DNA from: Octopus vulgaris
Lineage: Eukaryota
Direction: 5' to 3'
DNA length: 64,000 nt
Assembly (NCBI GenBank): GCA_951406725.2
Contig: OX597815.1
Span: 67,890,001 to 67,954,000, forward strand
Shown here: positions 13,050 to 26,460 of the stretch, in pieces
How the letters are laid out: the number at the start of each line of letters is the position of its first letter
Position numbering within the stretch: the first letter of the stretch is position 1
Translations under genes and position numbers: made by a program
Notes under the pieces: generated by a model
Databases searched by the model: none
The model's input: only the letters and a program-made list of their open reading frames with translations
Told to the model about the DNA's origin: nothing

Positions 13050-14340
13050 GTTGTTGTTGTTAATATTCATCAGTTGTCTTATTTTTATTACGTGCTTTCA
13101 CTGCACTACCGAACACAACTCACTGTGCCTTGTGTATGTGCAGAGTTTTATTTTGATTTTATTTTAACTACATTGTAAGTGCCCTACGCTAGATGTGTAC
13201 GGTGCCTAGCAGCACTGTTTTCTATATGTTATATAGATTCCTAAATTCTAGATTCTGATTTTGTATTTGTTCCCATATTTTTGGATCATTCTCAAAACAT
13301 CCATTATTATTGGAATTTGTTTCTGTTTTCAGTTTCCGCATTCGAGTTATCACTATTTCCAGATCTTTGAATAATGTTAAATTTCCGTTTCTATTAGAGA
13401 TATATTTTCATCTGTCAGGACTAATATGTCAATGAGTTGACATTTCTTTTCCTAGTGATCCTCGACAACAATATCTCATTGATTATTTCTGACTGTATGT
13501 ATTGACATATCTCTGAGTATGGTTGCTTCGCCATTCTCGGAGGCTTTTTCTAGTACATGCCTACACCTCCTCTTCTGTGTTGGCGTTTCATTGTGTTGTC
13601 ACAATTTCTGGTATATGTAAATCCCAAATCTGTCGTGTTTGTAGATGTATTTTTTCTTGGCTAAGGCTAAGCAACTAGGAGTAATGTAGTTAATTGTTTC
13701 TTTTCATCTCCACAAATTCAGCAATTACTGTATTCTGCTTCATTACTGGTTTTTCGTAGTTTCTGGAAAGAGGGTTTTGATGTTGTGCTGCAATCAAGGA
13801 CCGTTCAGTTTTACGTTTCTCAGCTAATGTTGTAATTTTTACCTTGCTTACTTCCACCCATTTTTCAGATGTTGGCCGTGTAGGCGCTCTTCTTGCCATC
13901 ATTTTATCATATTTTATAGTCTGAATTTTAGTTTAGGGTTTTAGCTGTTTTACGATCCCTGTTGCTTCTCCATCTTTTTCCCCCTAGCTTTCTGATATTG
14001 CAGTCTTTGATTTCTGTTTGTTGACTTCCTTAAAGACAGAAAAATTTCTTTTGGCGGGCGGGGGCGGGATAGTTGTTAATGTTTCGTGGCTATTTGTATT
14101 AATTTTAGTAGATATTTTTATAGTGCTACGCTAATATTTTCTAATTGTTTTCTACTTGCATAAAACCCCTACTACGTTGAAATAGACAGACATAAATTAT
14201 ATAGTCAACCCTCTCCTTGTATTGATTACAGACCCAGCTCTTGATGTTGGCATCATTTTTTCTTTTCCTTTTTTTTTTCATTATTTTTGTAATTATTTTT
14301 GACCAGACCTTGGTCATGTCCACTTAACATCAAACATCAT
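13050..14340 (-). mobile_element. R4/Dong-like LINE 3' fragment
   Basis: Minus: ERSLIAAQHQNP; FKDLEIVITRMRKLKT; IPIIMDVLRMI; KTVLLGTVHI*RRALT. Confidence 0.75.
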
Positions 14341-14664
14341 TTTATTTTTAACCTATACATTATTAAGTTTCACTTTTGACCTATTTCCTCTGCAGAGTCG
14401 TGTGAAATATTGGCCATAAAAAGATTTTTGCTTTTTTTATTTCATTATATTTTTATTTTTTATCTTTTGTTAATTTTTGAAATTTCCTTTTGGTTTTGTT
14501 TTTAGTTTTTCTCTAAGCATTTTTCTTGTTTTGGTCTTGTCTAAATACATAACTGTCTTCAGTGAAGTTAGCTTCTAGATTGTGCTTTATTATTTTCTTG
14601 TACAGTAAGAAAATTAAAGCATTTCAAAGGTGAGTCTTGGAAGGGATACGGCTATCTTGTATCC

Positions 14665-14850
14665 TTTTCTCTTTTCGGTCATTGGGCTGTGAGCATGCTG
14701 GAGCACTGGCTTGAAGGGTTTAGTCGAACAAATTGACCTCCATCACTTATATTTAAGACTTACTTATTCTATCTGTCTCTTTTACTGAACAGTTAGGTTT
14801 CGATGACATAAACAAACCAGTACCGGTTTTTGAGTGGCGATTAGGGACAA
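14665..14850 (-). mobile_element. SINE family B 3' fragment
   Basis: gtcattgggctgtgagcatgctggagcac...tagtcgaacaaattgacc. Confidence 0.65.
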
Positions 14851-14859
14851 ATACCTGCT

Positions 14860-15207
14860 ACACCTCCGTATTGCTGGGGTTTGTGCGGCATTGTGTTCTT
14901 TTTTTGTTGTTATTGGAGGAGTACAAACTCTTTCAGATATTGTATTGCGTCAATTTGCTTTGTTATAGGGTCTGGTTGTAGTTTTTTGTTGTATTAGTGT
15001 GTGTGCTGTAAGTTGTGTGCTTCTGTTGGGTGATCGGATTGCTGATGGCTGTTTATTTTATTGGATATTTGTTATATAGAGTGTGTCTGGTATTTGTGGA
15101 TTGTTTTGTTTGGGTTGTACTATTGAATTGACAGTGTCTTGCATAAGATGTGGGCTGTTCCCAGCTGGGTTATTTTTGAGACAGTATGTAGTGCTGAAGG
15201 TCCAGGT
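14860..15207 (-). mobile_element. Very short R4/Dong-like 3' end
   Basis: Minus: KITQLGTAHILCKTLSIQ* plus 3' UTR; 5' junction at the (AAT)n tract 15208-15350. Confidence 0.7.
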
Positions 15208-15214
15208 GTTATTA

Positions 15215-15291
<77 letters not shown>

Positions 15292-15356
15292 GTTGTTGTT
15301 GTTGTTGTTGTTGTTATTGTTATTGTTATTATTATTACTATTATTATTATTCATCG

Positions 15357-15487
15357 TCTAAGTTCAAATTCCACAGAGGTCGAATTTGCTTTTCATCCTT
15401 GCGGGGTCTGTAAAATAAATACTAGTCAAGTATTGAGGGCGACGTAGTCGACTAGCCTCTTCCCAAAAATTTCAGGACTTGTGCCTA

Positions 15488-15567
<80 letters not shown>

Positions 15568-15775
15568 AGGACAGCAAGCTGACTGAATAGTTTGCGCATT
15601 GGATAAACTATTTAATGTATTTCTCCTGGGCCTTTACTTTCTGAGCTCAAAACCACCGAGGTAGATTTCGTCTTTCACCCTTTCTAGAACGATAAAATAA
15701 AGTAATAGTCAATATAATTGACTAATCCCCTTACCTCAAAATTGCTGTCCTCGTTCCAAATTTTGAAACAATTAT
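15357..15775 (+). mobile_element. Two SINE family A copies separated by (TAG)n (15488-15566)
   Basis: Core gctttcatccttgcggggtc..aaaataaatactag; second head aaggacagcaagctgactgaa. Confidence 0.7.
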
Positions 15776-15914
15776 TTATAGCCATATTCCCTTCGAAGCT
15801 CACCTTTCAAATAATTTGTTTGATATATTCTACAAACGGTTACACTATTTGTATATAGTCATAGACTGGCGATTCAGTTCATCCCCAGTCAGGTTCAGAC
15901 ACATGACATTGATA

Positions 15915-16177
15915 AAAAAATATAATACTAAATGCGCCCTTTTAAAGCCTAGCCAGGCTCATGGGCCCGGTTTCCCGGTTTCTATGGCGTATGTGTTCCC
16001 CAGCTGGACGGGACGCCAGTCCATCGCAGCGTTACTCATTTTGCCATTTGAGTGGACTGAAGCAACGTGAAATGATGTGTTTTGCTCAAGAACACAACGC
16101 GTCACCCGGTCCAGGGATCGAAACCACAATCTTACGATAATGATGCTGACACCCTAGCCACTAAGCCACGCGCCTCC
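15915..16177 (-). mobile_element. SINE family C (tRNA head, V/Meta-like domain) with 16-bp TSD
   Basis: Minus head ggaggcgcgtggcttagtggctagggtg...ggtttcgatccc; gcgatggactggcgtcccgtccag domain; TSD acacatgacattgata at 15899-15914 and 16178-16193. Confidence 0.85.
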
Positions 16178-16354
16178 ACACATGACATTGATAGGCTACA
16201 CAAATGGCGAAATATCAGCATCCATCGCTCCTGAATGGGATTGGAGGTGAATTGTCTCGCTTGTCTATGAACTTCAAGTGTTTATACACACAGAGCTCTC
16301 TACGCAGCGAATCGGTGAAAAACAAAACACATGCATTGATTATGTGCCGTCAAT

Positions 16355-16482
16355 AATATACATACATACATACATACATACATACATACATACATACATA
16401 CATACATACATACATACATACATACATACATACATACATACATACATACATACATACATACATACATACATACATACATACA
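16355..16482. repeat. (TACA)n microsatellite
   Basis: Direct reading. Confidence 0.95.
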
Positions 16483-17913
16483 TGAATACATATATCAATG
16501 TTAGTGTGTTAACTCCGAAAAGCTGTTAGCGCGAGTTGGTCCGCGCAAGCTTTTCAATTTATTCAACTTCCATTTCATCGAGGTGAAGTTGTAGTTTGTA
16601 ACTAGAATGGTCAGTTAATAGATATTTGTGAACATTACTTTTCGTTGAGAATGTTATAGAAAAACGGACCCGCATATTAGAAGCATGTTTTGCCTTTTAC
16701 GTGAGCCGTGTATGAGTTTGAGTCTTCATTGAACGACATTTCATGAATAATATATGGATTTCATGAATAATATATACATTTGTTTCAGAGAGCAAGTGGT
16801 GGAGAGAGCGAGGGTGAGAAATACTCAGCAATAGAAACAAAGGACAGAGTTTGGTAACAGCAACTACCGCTGCTGGCGTAGCAAGGTAAAGTACCGACGT
16901 CATAGTTCAGTACTTGCAAATAATATAGATATCTGTAAAGCCATTTGAAGTAGCAACAGCTGTAAAGACATTTGTAGCAGTAACAACAATGTCATCAACA
17001 ACAACAACAATAACAGCTACAAAAGGAACAACAATGACAAGACAACAACAACAAAATGAAAATGAATTCATAATTTGCCCGTGCAATAATTCAACGGACG
17101 TCGCATAAGCTCGAGGGCAAAACTATAGTTGTTAGAATATACATGTGCGATATCATATACTTTGCATAATAACACTGTGAATCAAGTTAGGGAAAGACGT
17201 CGAAGAAAAATTGCTTTTCTAAAGTACATTAATAGTTGAGACACAAACCCATCGTACCCTACTCCAGCGCTAATCGAGAAATGTCTGAAAAAAGATATGT
17301 TTTGCCGTTACTTATGTAACGGGATGCAGACAGCATACAATGGTGATAGACATTTGTGAATTCGAACAGTGGCTGCAACTACATGCCTACATTCTCGTCC
17401 CGGGAATTTGTGAGGATCACATTTTATATGGGATGACAGGTGACCAAAGTCAGACACGCACTAGCGTGTTACTCAACTAGGACTAGGTCACAGTGGTGGG
17501 GAACACGGAAAAATCATATGACTTAAAATGCAAACCCAACATATCCACAGATGAGAACAACATTCTTGTTGACGATTATGTAGAAAGACTGAGCTGCATG
17601 ATAGGTGAAGGTGATATTTCCATTTATGGACACCCTCTATTATTGTCAAAGAAACAATTATGGATTGTTTTCGTGACAACGAGAATTCATTGAAGACGCA
17701 ATCCAATTGGGAGCTCACGTAACAGGAAATATTAGATCCCTATTTTGTGGTTGCTTTCATGGAAAATCATCAACAAAAAATGTTGGTTGCATCCCCGGAG
17801 CCTTCTTGAATCGCTATATTGTTGTTTTAAAGTATATGAGAAGATACGGTTGGCTGGCGGTTAGAAGAAGAAACGCAAATGCTAAGTTACATTGGAGAAT
17901 ACAAGAACTGGTC

Positions 17914-17984
<71 letters not shown>

Positions 17985-18871
17985 CTCACTCTATCTATCT
18001 ATCTATCTTTCTATCTCTCTCTCCCCCTTTCTCTCGTACTCTCTTTCTCTGCTTCTCTTTCTCTCTCAAGCTTTCTCTCCCTCCCTCCCTCTCTCTCTCT
18101 CTCTCTCTTCCTTTCTATTTATCTATCTTTCTCTCCCCAAAGCTGCTAAAAGGTGCTATCATCAGGCCCGACAACAAAACAACCACAGCATCAACAGTAG
18201 CCTCAGTAACAACAACAGTCACATCATCAGCCACGGCTACAATCACGACAACAACTAAAATCAAAACAACTACGAGAGCAGAAGCAACAGAATCAACAAC
18301 CACAGGAAAAACAACTCACAGACAAACTTATTAAGTATGTCGTTCTCCGAAAGAAAAGACAAGGAATTTACTAAATTTGTACAATGATAAAATATTACCG
18401 ACAGGTGAGAACTTTCATTCGCTCGCCATCTAAAATACATTGAAATACTCTAGAGACATGAGGATAACACCAACAATTTATCTCATTCTCAAATTATATT
18501 TCTTAAGTGCCATTGAAGTTTTTGCTTTTGATAGATTACAGAGAAAGAGCGTTTGAGGGAGGGTTAAAGTATTTCGAAAAATAACTTCACTCTTTAGTAA
18601 TTATATCTGGTCTAATTAGCTTTGTGCTCCTTCTGAATCTAAACAGGTATGTTTCAGCTGAGGGGGACTTGGTGGTTGCTTAGCATATATATATATCGTG
18701 TTTAACACATATTTATATGACTTACACCTGTTTCTATCCGCTTTCAAGAGTCAGTATTTTTGCTAGTAGGTACATTGCTGATTGAGCCATATCTGTGGTT
18801 ACATACGAACTCAGAAAGGACTGGACAGATAAATAGACGTGGTCAATTGTCTAGTTTACTGACTGTACTTA

Positions 18872-19306
18872 ATATTGGTTTCAAATTTTGGCACAAGACC
18901 AGCAATTTCGGGGTGCCCAATGCCCAAATGGTACTTACTTATCAACTCCGAAAGAATGAAGGGAAAAGTCGACTTCGGCGGAATTTGAACTCGGAACGTA
19001 AAGACAAACGAAATGCCGCGAAGCATTTTGCCCAGTGTGTTAACGATCCTGCCAGCTCGCCACCTTATTTCTTATTTCATTACTGCCCACATGGGGCAAC
19101 ACACAGAGAGAACAAACAAGAACAGACAAACGGATTAAGTCGATTATATCTACCTCAGTGCGTAACTGGTACTTATTTAATCGGCCCCGAAAGGATGAAA
19201 GGTAAAGTCGACCTATGCGGAATTTGAACTCAGAACATAGCGACAGACGAAATACTGCTCAGCATTTCTCCCGGCGTGCTAACGATTCTGCCAGCTCACC
19301 GCCTTA
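18872..19306 (-). mobile_element. Two tandem SINE family A copies
   Basis: Reverse complement of the family A head and core, twice. Confidence 0.8.
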
Positions 19307-19702
19307 ATCTGCATTTAATATCAACACTTTTTTCCATTATTATATATTTATTTATTTATTTATTTATTTATTTGGAATTATTTATGACTATACATTAGTC
19401 CTCTACAACTAAGATCCGATCTCTTTCTACCTTTAGACTTAGCTTTTGAACTATTGTTGCCTTTCACTCTGGCTTACTACCTCACTTTCCTGGCTTACGA
19501 AATATTGTTCATGAAGTGGTTTTTGTTGCCATTAGACCATAGAGTAGTTTTTATCGTCATTACTTTCTATAGTATATTCTGAAATTCTGATAAGGTATTT
19601 TTGTTTGTCTGTTTGTTTCTTGTCTTTTTTTTTCCGCTGTTTTATTAACGAAATAATTTATTTTTCGATACATTTAGTTTTGTTTCCTTGATGTTTAATT
19701 CT

Positions 19703-20107
19703 TAAGGCGGCTAGCTGGCAGACACATTAGCACGCCGGGCGAAATGCTTAGCGATATTTCGTCTGCCACTACGTTCTGAGTTTAAATTCCGCCGAGGTCG
19801 ACTTTGCCTTTCATCCTTTCGGGGTCGATAAATTAAGTACCAGTTACGCACCGGGGCCGATGTAATCGACTTAATCCGGTTGTCTGTCCTTGTTTGTCCT
19901 CTCTGTGTTTAGCCCCCTGTGAGTAGTAAAGAAATAGGTATTTCGCCCGTTACTACGTTCTGAGTTCAAATTCCGCCAAGACGACTTTGCCTTTCCTCCT
20001 TTCGGAGTCAATGAAATAAGTACCAGTTAAGTATTGGAGTTGATATAATCAACTAGTCCCCTCCCCCAAATTTTCAGGCCTTGTACCTATAGTAGAAGGG
20101 ATTATTA
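19703..20107 (+). mobile_element. SINE family A dimer (long-tail monomer + partial monomer)
   Basis: aaggcggctagctggcag...ttaatccggttgtctgtccttg...then tatttcgcccgttactacgttctgagttcaaattcc. Confidence 0.85.
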
Positions 20108-20415
20108 CTCCAATAAAAATTCCCTCTGCTCGTATTTCAATATTTTTCAAGTTTTTCTCTTGTTAGTCTGTTCTAGTTTCCTATTTGTATTTGATTCCGT
20201 CCTTTCTGTATACATGGTAGATATATTTCATTGATTTCAACTTTGGAATGCTGGCTTCGGAAGGTTATAAGTAATTTCTTTCGGCTATTTTCTTTTCTTT
20301 TTGTCTAAGCTTCCAATTCAGTTTAACTTCTAGTTTATAAAGATATAACAGTTGCAGTTTATAAATTTATACCGATTTTTTGATTGCCGCTTATGGATGT
20401 ATGTATGAATGTGCG

Positions 20416-20566
20416 GAAGAAGAAGAAGAAGAAGAAGAAGAAGAAGAAGAAGAAGAAGGAGGAGGAGGAGGAGGAGGAGGAGGAGGAAGAGGAGGAGGAG
20501 GAGGAGAAGAAGAAGAAGAAGAAGAAGAAGAAGAAGAAGAAGAAGAAGAAGAAGAAGAAGAAGAAA
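20416..20566. repeat. (GAA)n-(GGA)n-(GAA)n polypurine tract
   Basis: Direct reading. Confidence 0.95.
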
Positions 20567-21078
20567 GAGCGAACGAGCGAGAGAGAAGGGAGAGAGCGAG
20601 AGAGAGAGAGAGAGGATAGACAACGAAGGTGACAGACAGAAAGTCAGTCAGACCGACAGACAAGCAAGAAACAGTGTGTGTATGCTTAAGCATTTAACTG
20701 TTGCTCCAGATGTATACTTACTCATTACACACACACACACACACACACACACAATCAAGCCATGAATCTATATGACTGACAGTGTATGCGTACGTGTACA
20801 TTCATATTGATGCATGCGTCAGTGCAGATATACGTATAAGTGCATGCGTGTGACTGCATAAGCTACAATACGTGTATTTATGTGCATGAGCTACAAACAC
20901 GAATACACGCGCATTTAGACGCATGCGTATATAGCTATATATTTATATACTCATACTTATTATACGCATCAATATTAATACAACTAATAAATAATAAAGA
21001 GCTTAAACATTTTTATATCATTTATATCACATAATTTATTTTATATTTCCAGTAAACAGATTTTTTTCTATTTCGTTC

Positions 21079-21109
<31 letters not shown>

Positions 21110-22489
21110 GCTACTGCTGTTGCTGTTTTGTTGTTTTGTTGATAATTTCTCCTTAAATTCCTGCCAATGTTTTGTGGATGTATTTAAACTAAATATTTTT
21201 CCTTTCTGTAGACATTTTCAAAAGATTTCAAATACTTTGGAGATTGAAAACAATGCAAGCGCATCGTCTCGTATTAATATAATACGATTTCGCCATTGGC
21301 TGAATATAAATGACGACGACTACGATGACAATAATGATGAATATGATGAATGTGAAAAACGATGATAGTGATGATGAAGAAGGAGAGGATTGTGCTAGTG
21401 GCGGCGGTGATGATGAATGATAAGTAAAGGTAACGATGGCGGTGATGATGGTGGCGGTGGAGGGGGTGATAGTGGGGGATGGTGGGGATGATGATGATAA
21501 CGACGATGACGGTAGTGGTGGTAGTGGTGGCGTTGATGGTGGTGGTGATGATGACGATGATGACGACGATGATGAATTATGATGAATGACTATAACGAAG
21601 AACAATAGCAATAGAAGTAGCAACAACAACAACATGAAAAAAAAGCAACAACAGCAACATTAATAAGATATAGAAGAAAAAACGAAAGTGAAAGTTGCAT
21701 GACAACAACAACACCAAGGACATACATTTCGAAACACAAGCACAACAACAACAATATGTAAGACAACAGTGGAGGGGCGGGGAGAGAACAAGAGAAGCAC
21801 AAGTGATTAAAACAAACGCAAGCCATATGACAAACTAAATCCTAAACTACCAAAAATTAATCCTACATACTCAGAGATTGAACAGTCGTTCGATTAAATG
21901 TCAATGTGTGTTTGTATATTTGTACATGTGTGTGTGCGCGCGTGCGTGTGTGTACGCGCGTGCGTGTGTGTGTGCGCGTGCGTGTGTGTGCGCGCGTGCG
22001 TGTGTGTGCGCGCGTGCGTGTGTGTGTGTGTCTTTGATTTCTGTTTTTTTTTTATTTAATTATTTGAATTCTTCCCATAAAGAAAGATTTCGTTTCAGAC
22101 AAAGAAACAAAAAGAAAACAAAAACAAAGTTACAGCGCTGGAATTTGTTTAACAACAACGACGGCCGTCACCTGCAAGCGAGTGTGGCTTGGTTGCGTGT
22201 GACATGCTTTCGCTAATTGTTTTTAAGCGTCTATGCAAAGACCACCGTTCGGCATCCTTTCGCCTTTAGAGCCATTGGAATATCGAGAATGTGATGGAGA
22301 GAGATAGGGATGGAGAGGTACAGAGATAGGGAGAGAGAGAAAGAGCGGAGAGAGAGGGAGAAAGGGAGAGAGATTGAGAAAGGGAGAGAGACTGAGAAAG
22401 GGAAGGAGAAGGAGAAAGGTAAGGAGAGAGAGAAAGAGAGGGAGAGGGAGAAAGGGTGGAAAATAGGAGATAGACGGCTATACCTAGAT

Positions 22490-22642
22490 TCAGTTGATAT
22501 TCGTTTACAGCTGATTAGACTGAATCAATGTGATATGAAGTGCCTTGCTCAAGGATACAACATACAATACAGTTACTGATACTGGGATCGAAGCCTCGAC
22601 TTACAATTGTGCGCCTAACACTTTAACCAATACACCACATGG
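22490..22642 (-). mobile_element. Diverged SINE family C-like 5' fragment
   Basis: gaagtgccttgctcaaggatacaac...gggatcgaagcctcgac...ttaaccaatacaccacatg. Confidence 0.55.
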
Positions 22643-23116
22643 AACATCGGCGAGAAGTTACGTGCTAAACTTTTGAAAATTTTTGCATAATTTTATTATT
22701 CACTTACAGATTGAACACGTACTGTGTGTATTAAATGTTTACATTCTTTGTCTGAAAACTTCAACTATCCAAGATTGCTACTAAACAAGGTGTACTAATA
22801 ATTATTGATATAAATTAATCTAGCGACGCATTATATACCAGGACAACATATAAGCCTCAAGTTGGTTAGTGAATTAGATTAAACTTCTATCACAGCTAAT
22901 GTGCCTCGGGATTGGTTATTTATATTACATTCTTACATCTACACATCGATAACTATTAAACGTTACATCTTACAAACTGCTTCATACGTACACTATAATT
23001 CCATCCTTTTTAACTTTCCGTTTTCAGGTGTCATTAATACTCAGTTTAGATACAAAACTTACACAGATTATGAAAACAGGGGCCTTCCATAACATCTTGC
23101 ATTGGAGATATTACAA

Positions 23117-23318
23117 ACCTAGTTTCATTATTTACATTTGACGGATATTTGTCCTCATCTTGTTTGTTGATAACACGTTTCATCGGGTGTCTTGGGGAAA
23201 TTTCGACCGGAGTTCACATTCCTAAGTTATTTTTCGATGTCGTCGTCGTTCAGGTCACTGCATGGAATCGAACTCGGAATCTTGGGGTTTGTAGCCCACG
23301 CTCTTAACCACTACGCCA
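23117..23318 (-). mobile_element. tRNA-headed repeat with hammerhead remnant (Penelope-associated)
   Basis: Minus: A-box TGGCGTAGTGG, B-box GAGTTCGATTCC (23251-23318); downstream acac-CCGATGA-AAC-gtgt. Confidence 0.65.
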
Positions 23319-23512
23319 GTGGTGTTCTCTGTCTATTATTTTAACTCCATCCCACAAATGGTCTCCATTTTTCCATACATGATCAGCTACAGCCGATTTA
23401 TCACTATCTCCTCGTGTCACAGCTTTGTGATTTTCCTCTACCCTTATTTTGAGAGGGTGGCATGTTTCGCCTTTGTATAACCTACCACAGCTGCATGGGA
23501 TGGAATACACGC
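23319..23512 (-). mobile_element. Penelope-like element GIY-YIG endonuclease fragment
   Basis: VYSIPCSCGRLYKGETCHPLKIRVEENHKAV..SAVADHVWKNGDH..WD.VKIIDRE. Confidence 0.85.
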
Positions 23513-23659
23513 TCTACCTAGTTTCTTTCAAAAGTCTCAAGGCAGTCACTTTACATATCAAGTGTTGTACTATACCAGTGTCTTTTTAAGCTTGGGTATT
23601 ATGAGCTCACAAAGGAGTGGTGAATATCAAATATAGGGGGGGTTGTTTAGAAGTGTTGA

Positions 23660-24053
23660 AATAAAATATTTAAACTCGGTTCGATACTTATATTCTAAAC
23701 ACAATTTTGATTAAACATTTTTGTCAGGATTTGAAATACGAGTTAGACATTGTGTTTTCATGACCGATTCCAAAATTCAATGTAATCATAGTTTATGGGT
23801 TTTCACCTTCTTTAATAATTTCCATGAAAATATAACTAATCTGTTCAGTAACTCATGAAGCTATTTAAAAAGAGGCGCATGATTGATAGGGTATATAAGA
23901 AAGTATGAGTAATAAATCATTGAGAAAAATTAATTTCCTTTGGATTAAATATTTTTCTTTTTTTTTCAAGCATGCCAAGGTGGCTTCTGTGAAATGTCAT
24001 TCCAGAAAAGTAGGATCTCTGCGCTACAATAATTTGAGAGCCATTACTTTAGA
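23660..24053 (+). mobile_element. Possible hAT (Charlie-like) 3' fossil
   Basis: DLKYELDIVFS*PIPKF resembles the hAT C-terminus; tttgagagccattactttaga resembles a Charlie-type right end. Confidence 0.35.
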
Positions 24054-25007
24054 CCCTCCATCAATAATACATTACTGAAAACTTCAAACCTAGAACTCTA
24101 ACCAGTCTCACTTCGATAAATTACATTCCAAAAACAAAGTCTATCCTTCAGGGCTCGTAAAAAATTCAAGGCTAATGGCTGATTGACATACCATAAACCT
24201 TATAGCTCTATATAAAATTATAAAATTCCAGTCCAGAGCAGTGAGCGGAAGTGGTACTTGTTCGGGTTCTTTATGGTCTAATTCCAACATCTGAGACGAC
24301 ATTAACTCTAATTTCTACCGATTCTTGTCATTTCCTTGAACAGTATTAGTGACGAGAAGGTAGACTTGTACGTTTGACAATTTCAGGTCTGCCATAAGAG
24401 AAACCTTGCCCAGGTTTGTACCTTGAAAACGGACTTGTCATTTCAGAGCCATGGTTTCGCACAACATATAGATGAGCTGAATAAAGCTTATGTACTCTAT
24501 TAGAATATTGCTCAACTATAAGGGACGATGCTGCTTCCAAACATGTAAAAATCCTTCACTGCATAAGAATGGTTATTCAGCAGTAGATAGGAAAGAATTA
24601 CTCGTTAATGTACTCTACCAACTGGCTCACAGATGCCCTGTACCTTTTCTCCTATTCTTTTATTACTACTATAATAGCCTCCGCTCTTCTAAACTAACAA
24701 CTAGCATACCTTCTCCACTGAAGTCTGTTCGATGTGCCGCCCTTCTTTTCTGTCTACTGAAATGTCTCTACAAAACCTTTAAACTCAAACCTCACTCTCT
24801 ACAACTGGACCTCTTAAGAATCACCGTTCTACGCCTTTGCTTTCCAGAGGTACCAACTTCCTGAAGTTAGAGTTAAACATGGTCGGTCTGTTACAGTTTG
24901 AAATGGTCGTGGAGATGATCGTTCTCTAAGAAATAAAACAAACTGAATGCAACAACAACATATGTAAACAGACATACTTTGTTTTTTAGAAGAGTCGAAA
25001 TCATATC

Positions 25008-25146
25008 GTATTATACAAACAAGAAGGTAATATTTCGGACGCAGTATAACCGTGAAAAAGGCTTATAAGGGTAATAGTATCCAGTCTTTCTGATGTTTTT
25101 ACCACTATACAATGTTCGAAATATTACCTTCTTGTCTGTATAATAC
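25008..25146. repeat. 139-bp foldback/MITE-like inverted repeat
   Basis: gtattatacaaacaagaaggtaatatttcggac versus gttcgaaatattaccttcttgtctgtataatac: 33 bp, 2 mismatches. Confidence 0.85.
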
Positions 25147-26106
25147 AAAACAAATTGAATATATAGGGACCACCAACTGTCAAATTTCACTGTGCATCTC
25201 TACATGTGTGTGGAGGCCTGAGCAAGACATTTTTATACGACTGACAATTACCTATACAGGCAAGTCACCTCTCACCATGCTACTTATGTTTATCTAAGGA
25301 AAAAGCCGCCAATTCGGGAAAATACAGCCTGACACCAATCTCATCACAAGAATTGCTAACGGAACGCCAAAAGTCAGAAGAAATACCACAAGGTACCTTG
25401 GCCGACTCTCTTACTGTTCTATCACTCCTCTCTTCTGGATTAGTACCTTTTCTCATTACCAAAAAGAAAAACAAAGACAAAGTTGATATTGGAGGGATTT
25501 GAACTCAGAGCGTGTGGCATTCCATCCATTAGATCTACTAACACCGACAATTCATCGCCTTAATTTGCTAAATACACACATAAATTGCAAATGTACTGTG
25601 CCAAAACTAACAGACATTTTAAATCAATGTTATGAATAGTGAAACTATACAGTCATGGTCTGTGAATCTCTGAAATTTTGTTTCAGACTGGTTATTTTCC
25701 AAATAATGAACAGAACTCACTCTAGAGTCAGTTAAAACTCTTCCAAAAAACCATTGAACTTTTTTCCCCGGAGACCGTCATAGAAGAGTAGTTAGAGGAA
25801 GGACAATCGGAGGAGCAGCCAAAGAAACAACCAGAGGGGGTGAGTGTATGTACGGACGAGTGTGTTTTCTAAACGTCTCTGCATCAAAGTTTGTGTGTAT
25901 GTCTGTATTCGTGAGTTTCAATGTCAGTATGTATGTATGTATGTATGTATGTATGTATGTATGTATGTATGTATCGATAATGGCTCGAAATTGAAATGAT
26001 TTGGGGCCGATAACTGATGTGCGATGAACATGTCCGCGTCTCGTGTGTGATTTTTCAGTGTTCTTTTTTTGCCCTTCTGTGCAATCTTTTACTCGGTATG
26101 TATTCA

Positions 26107-26460
<354 letters not shown>

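Noticed and set aside
17100-17915. Complex sequence: host exon or L1-type C-terminal fossil
   Set aside because: Stops in all frames, only a faint Cys motif and no clear splice pair
23251-23318. Functional tRNA gene
   Set aside because: A and B boxes present but no acceptor stem or oligo-T terminator; continues into a repeat body
24250-24650. Possible transposase remnant (PGQGFSYG)
   Set aside because: Single weak motif with no colinear support
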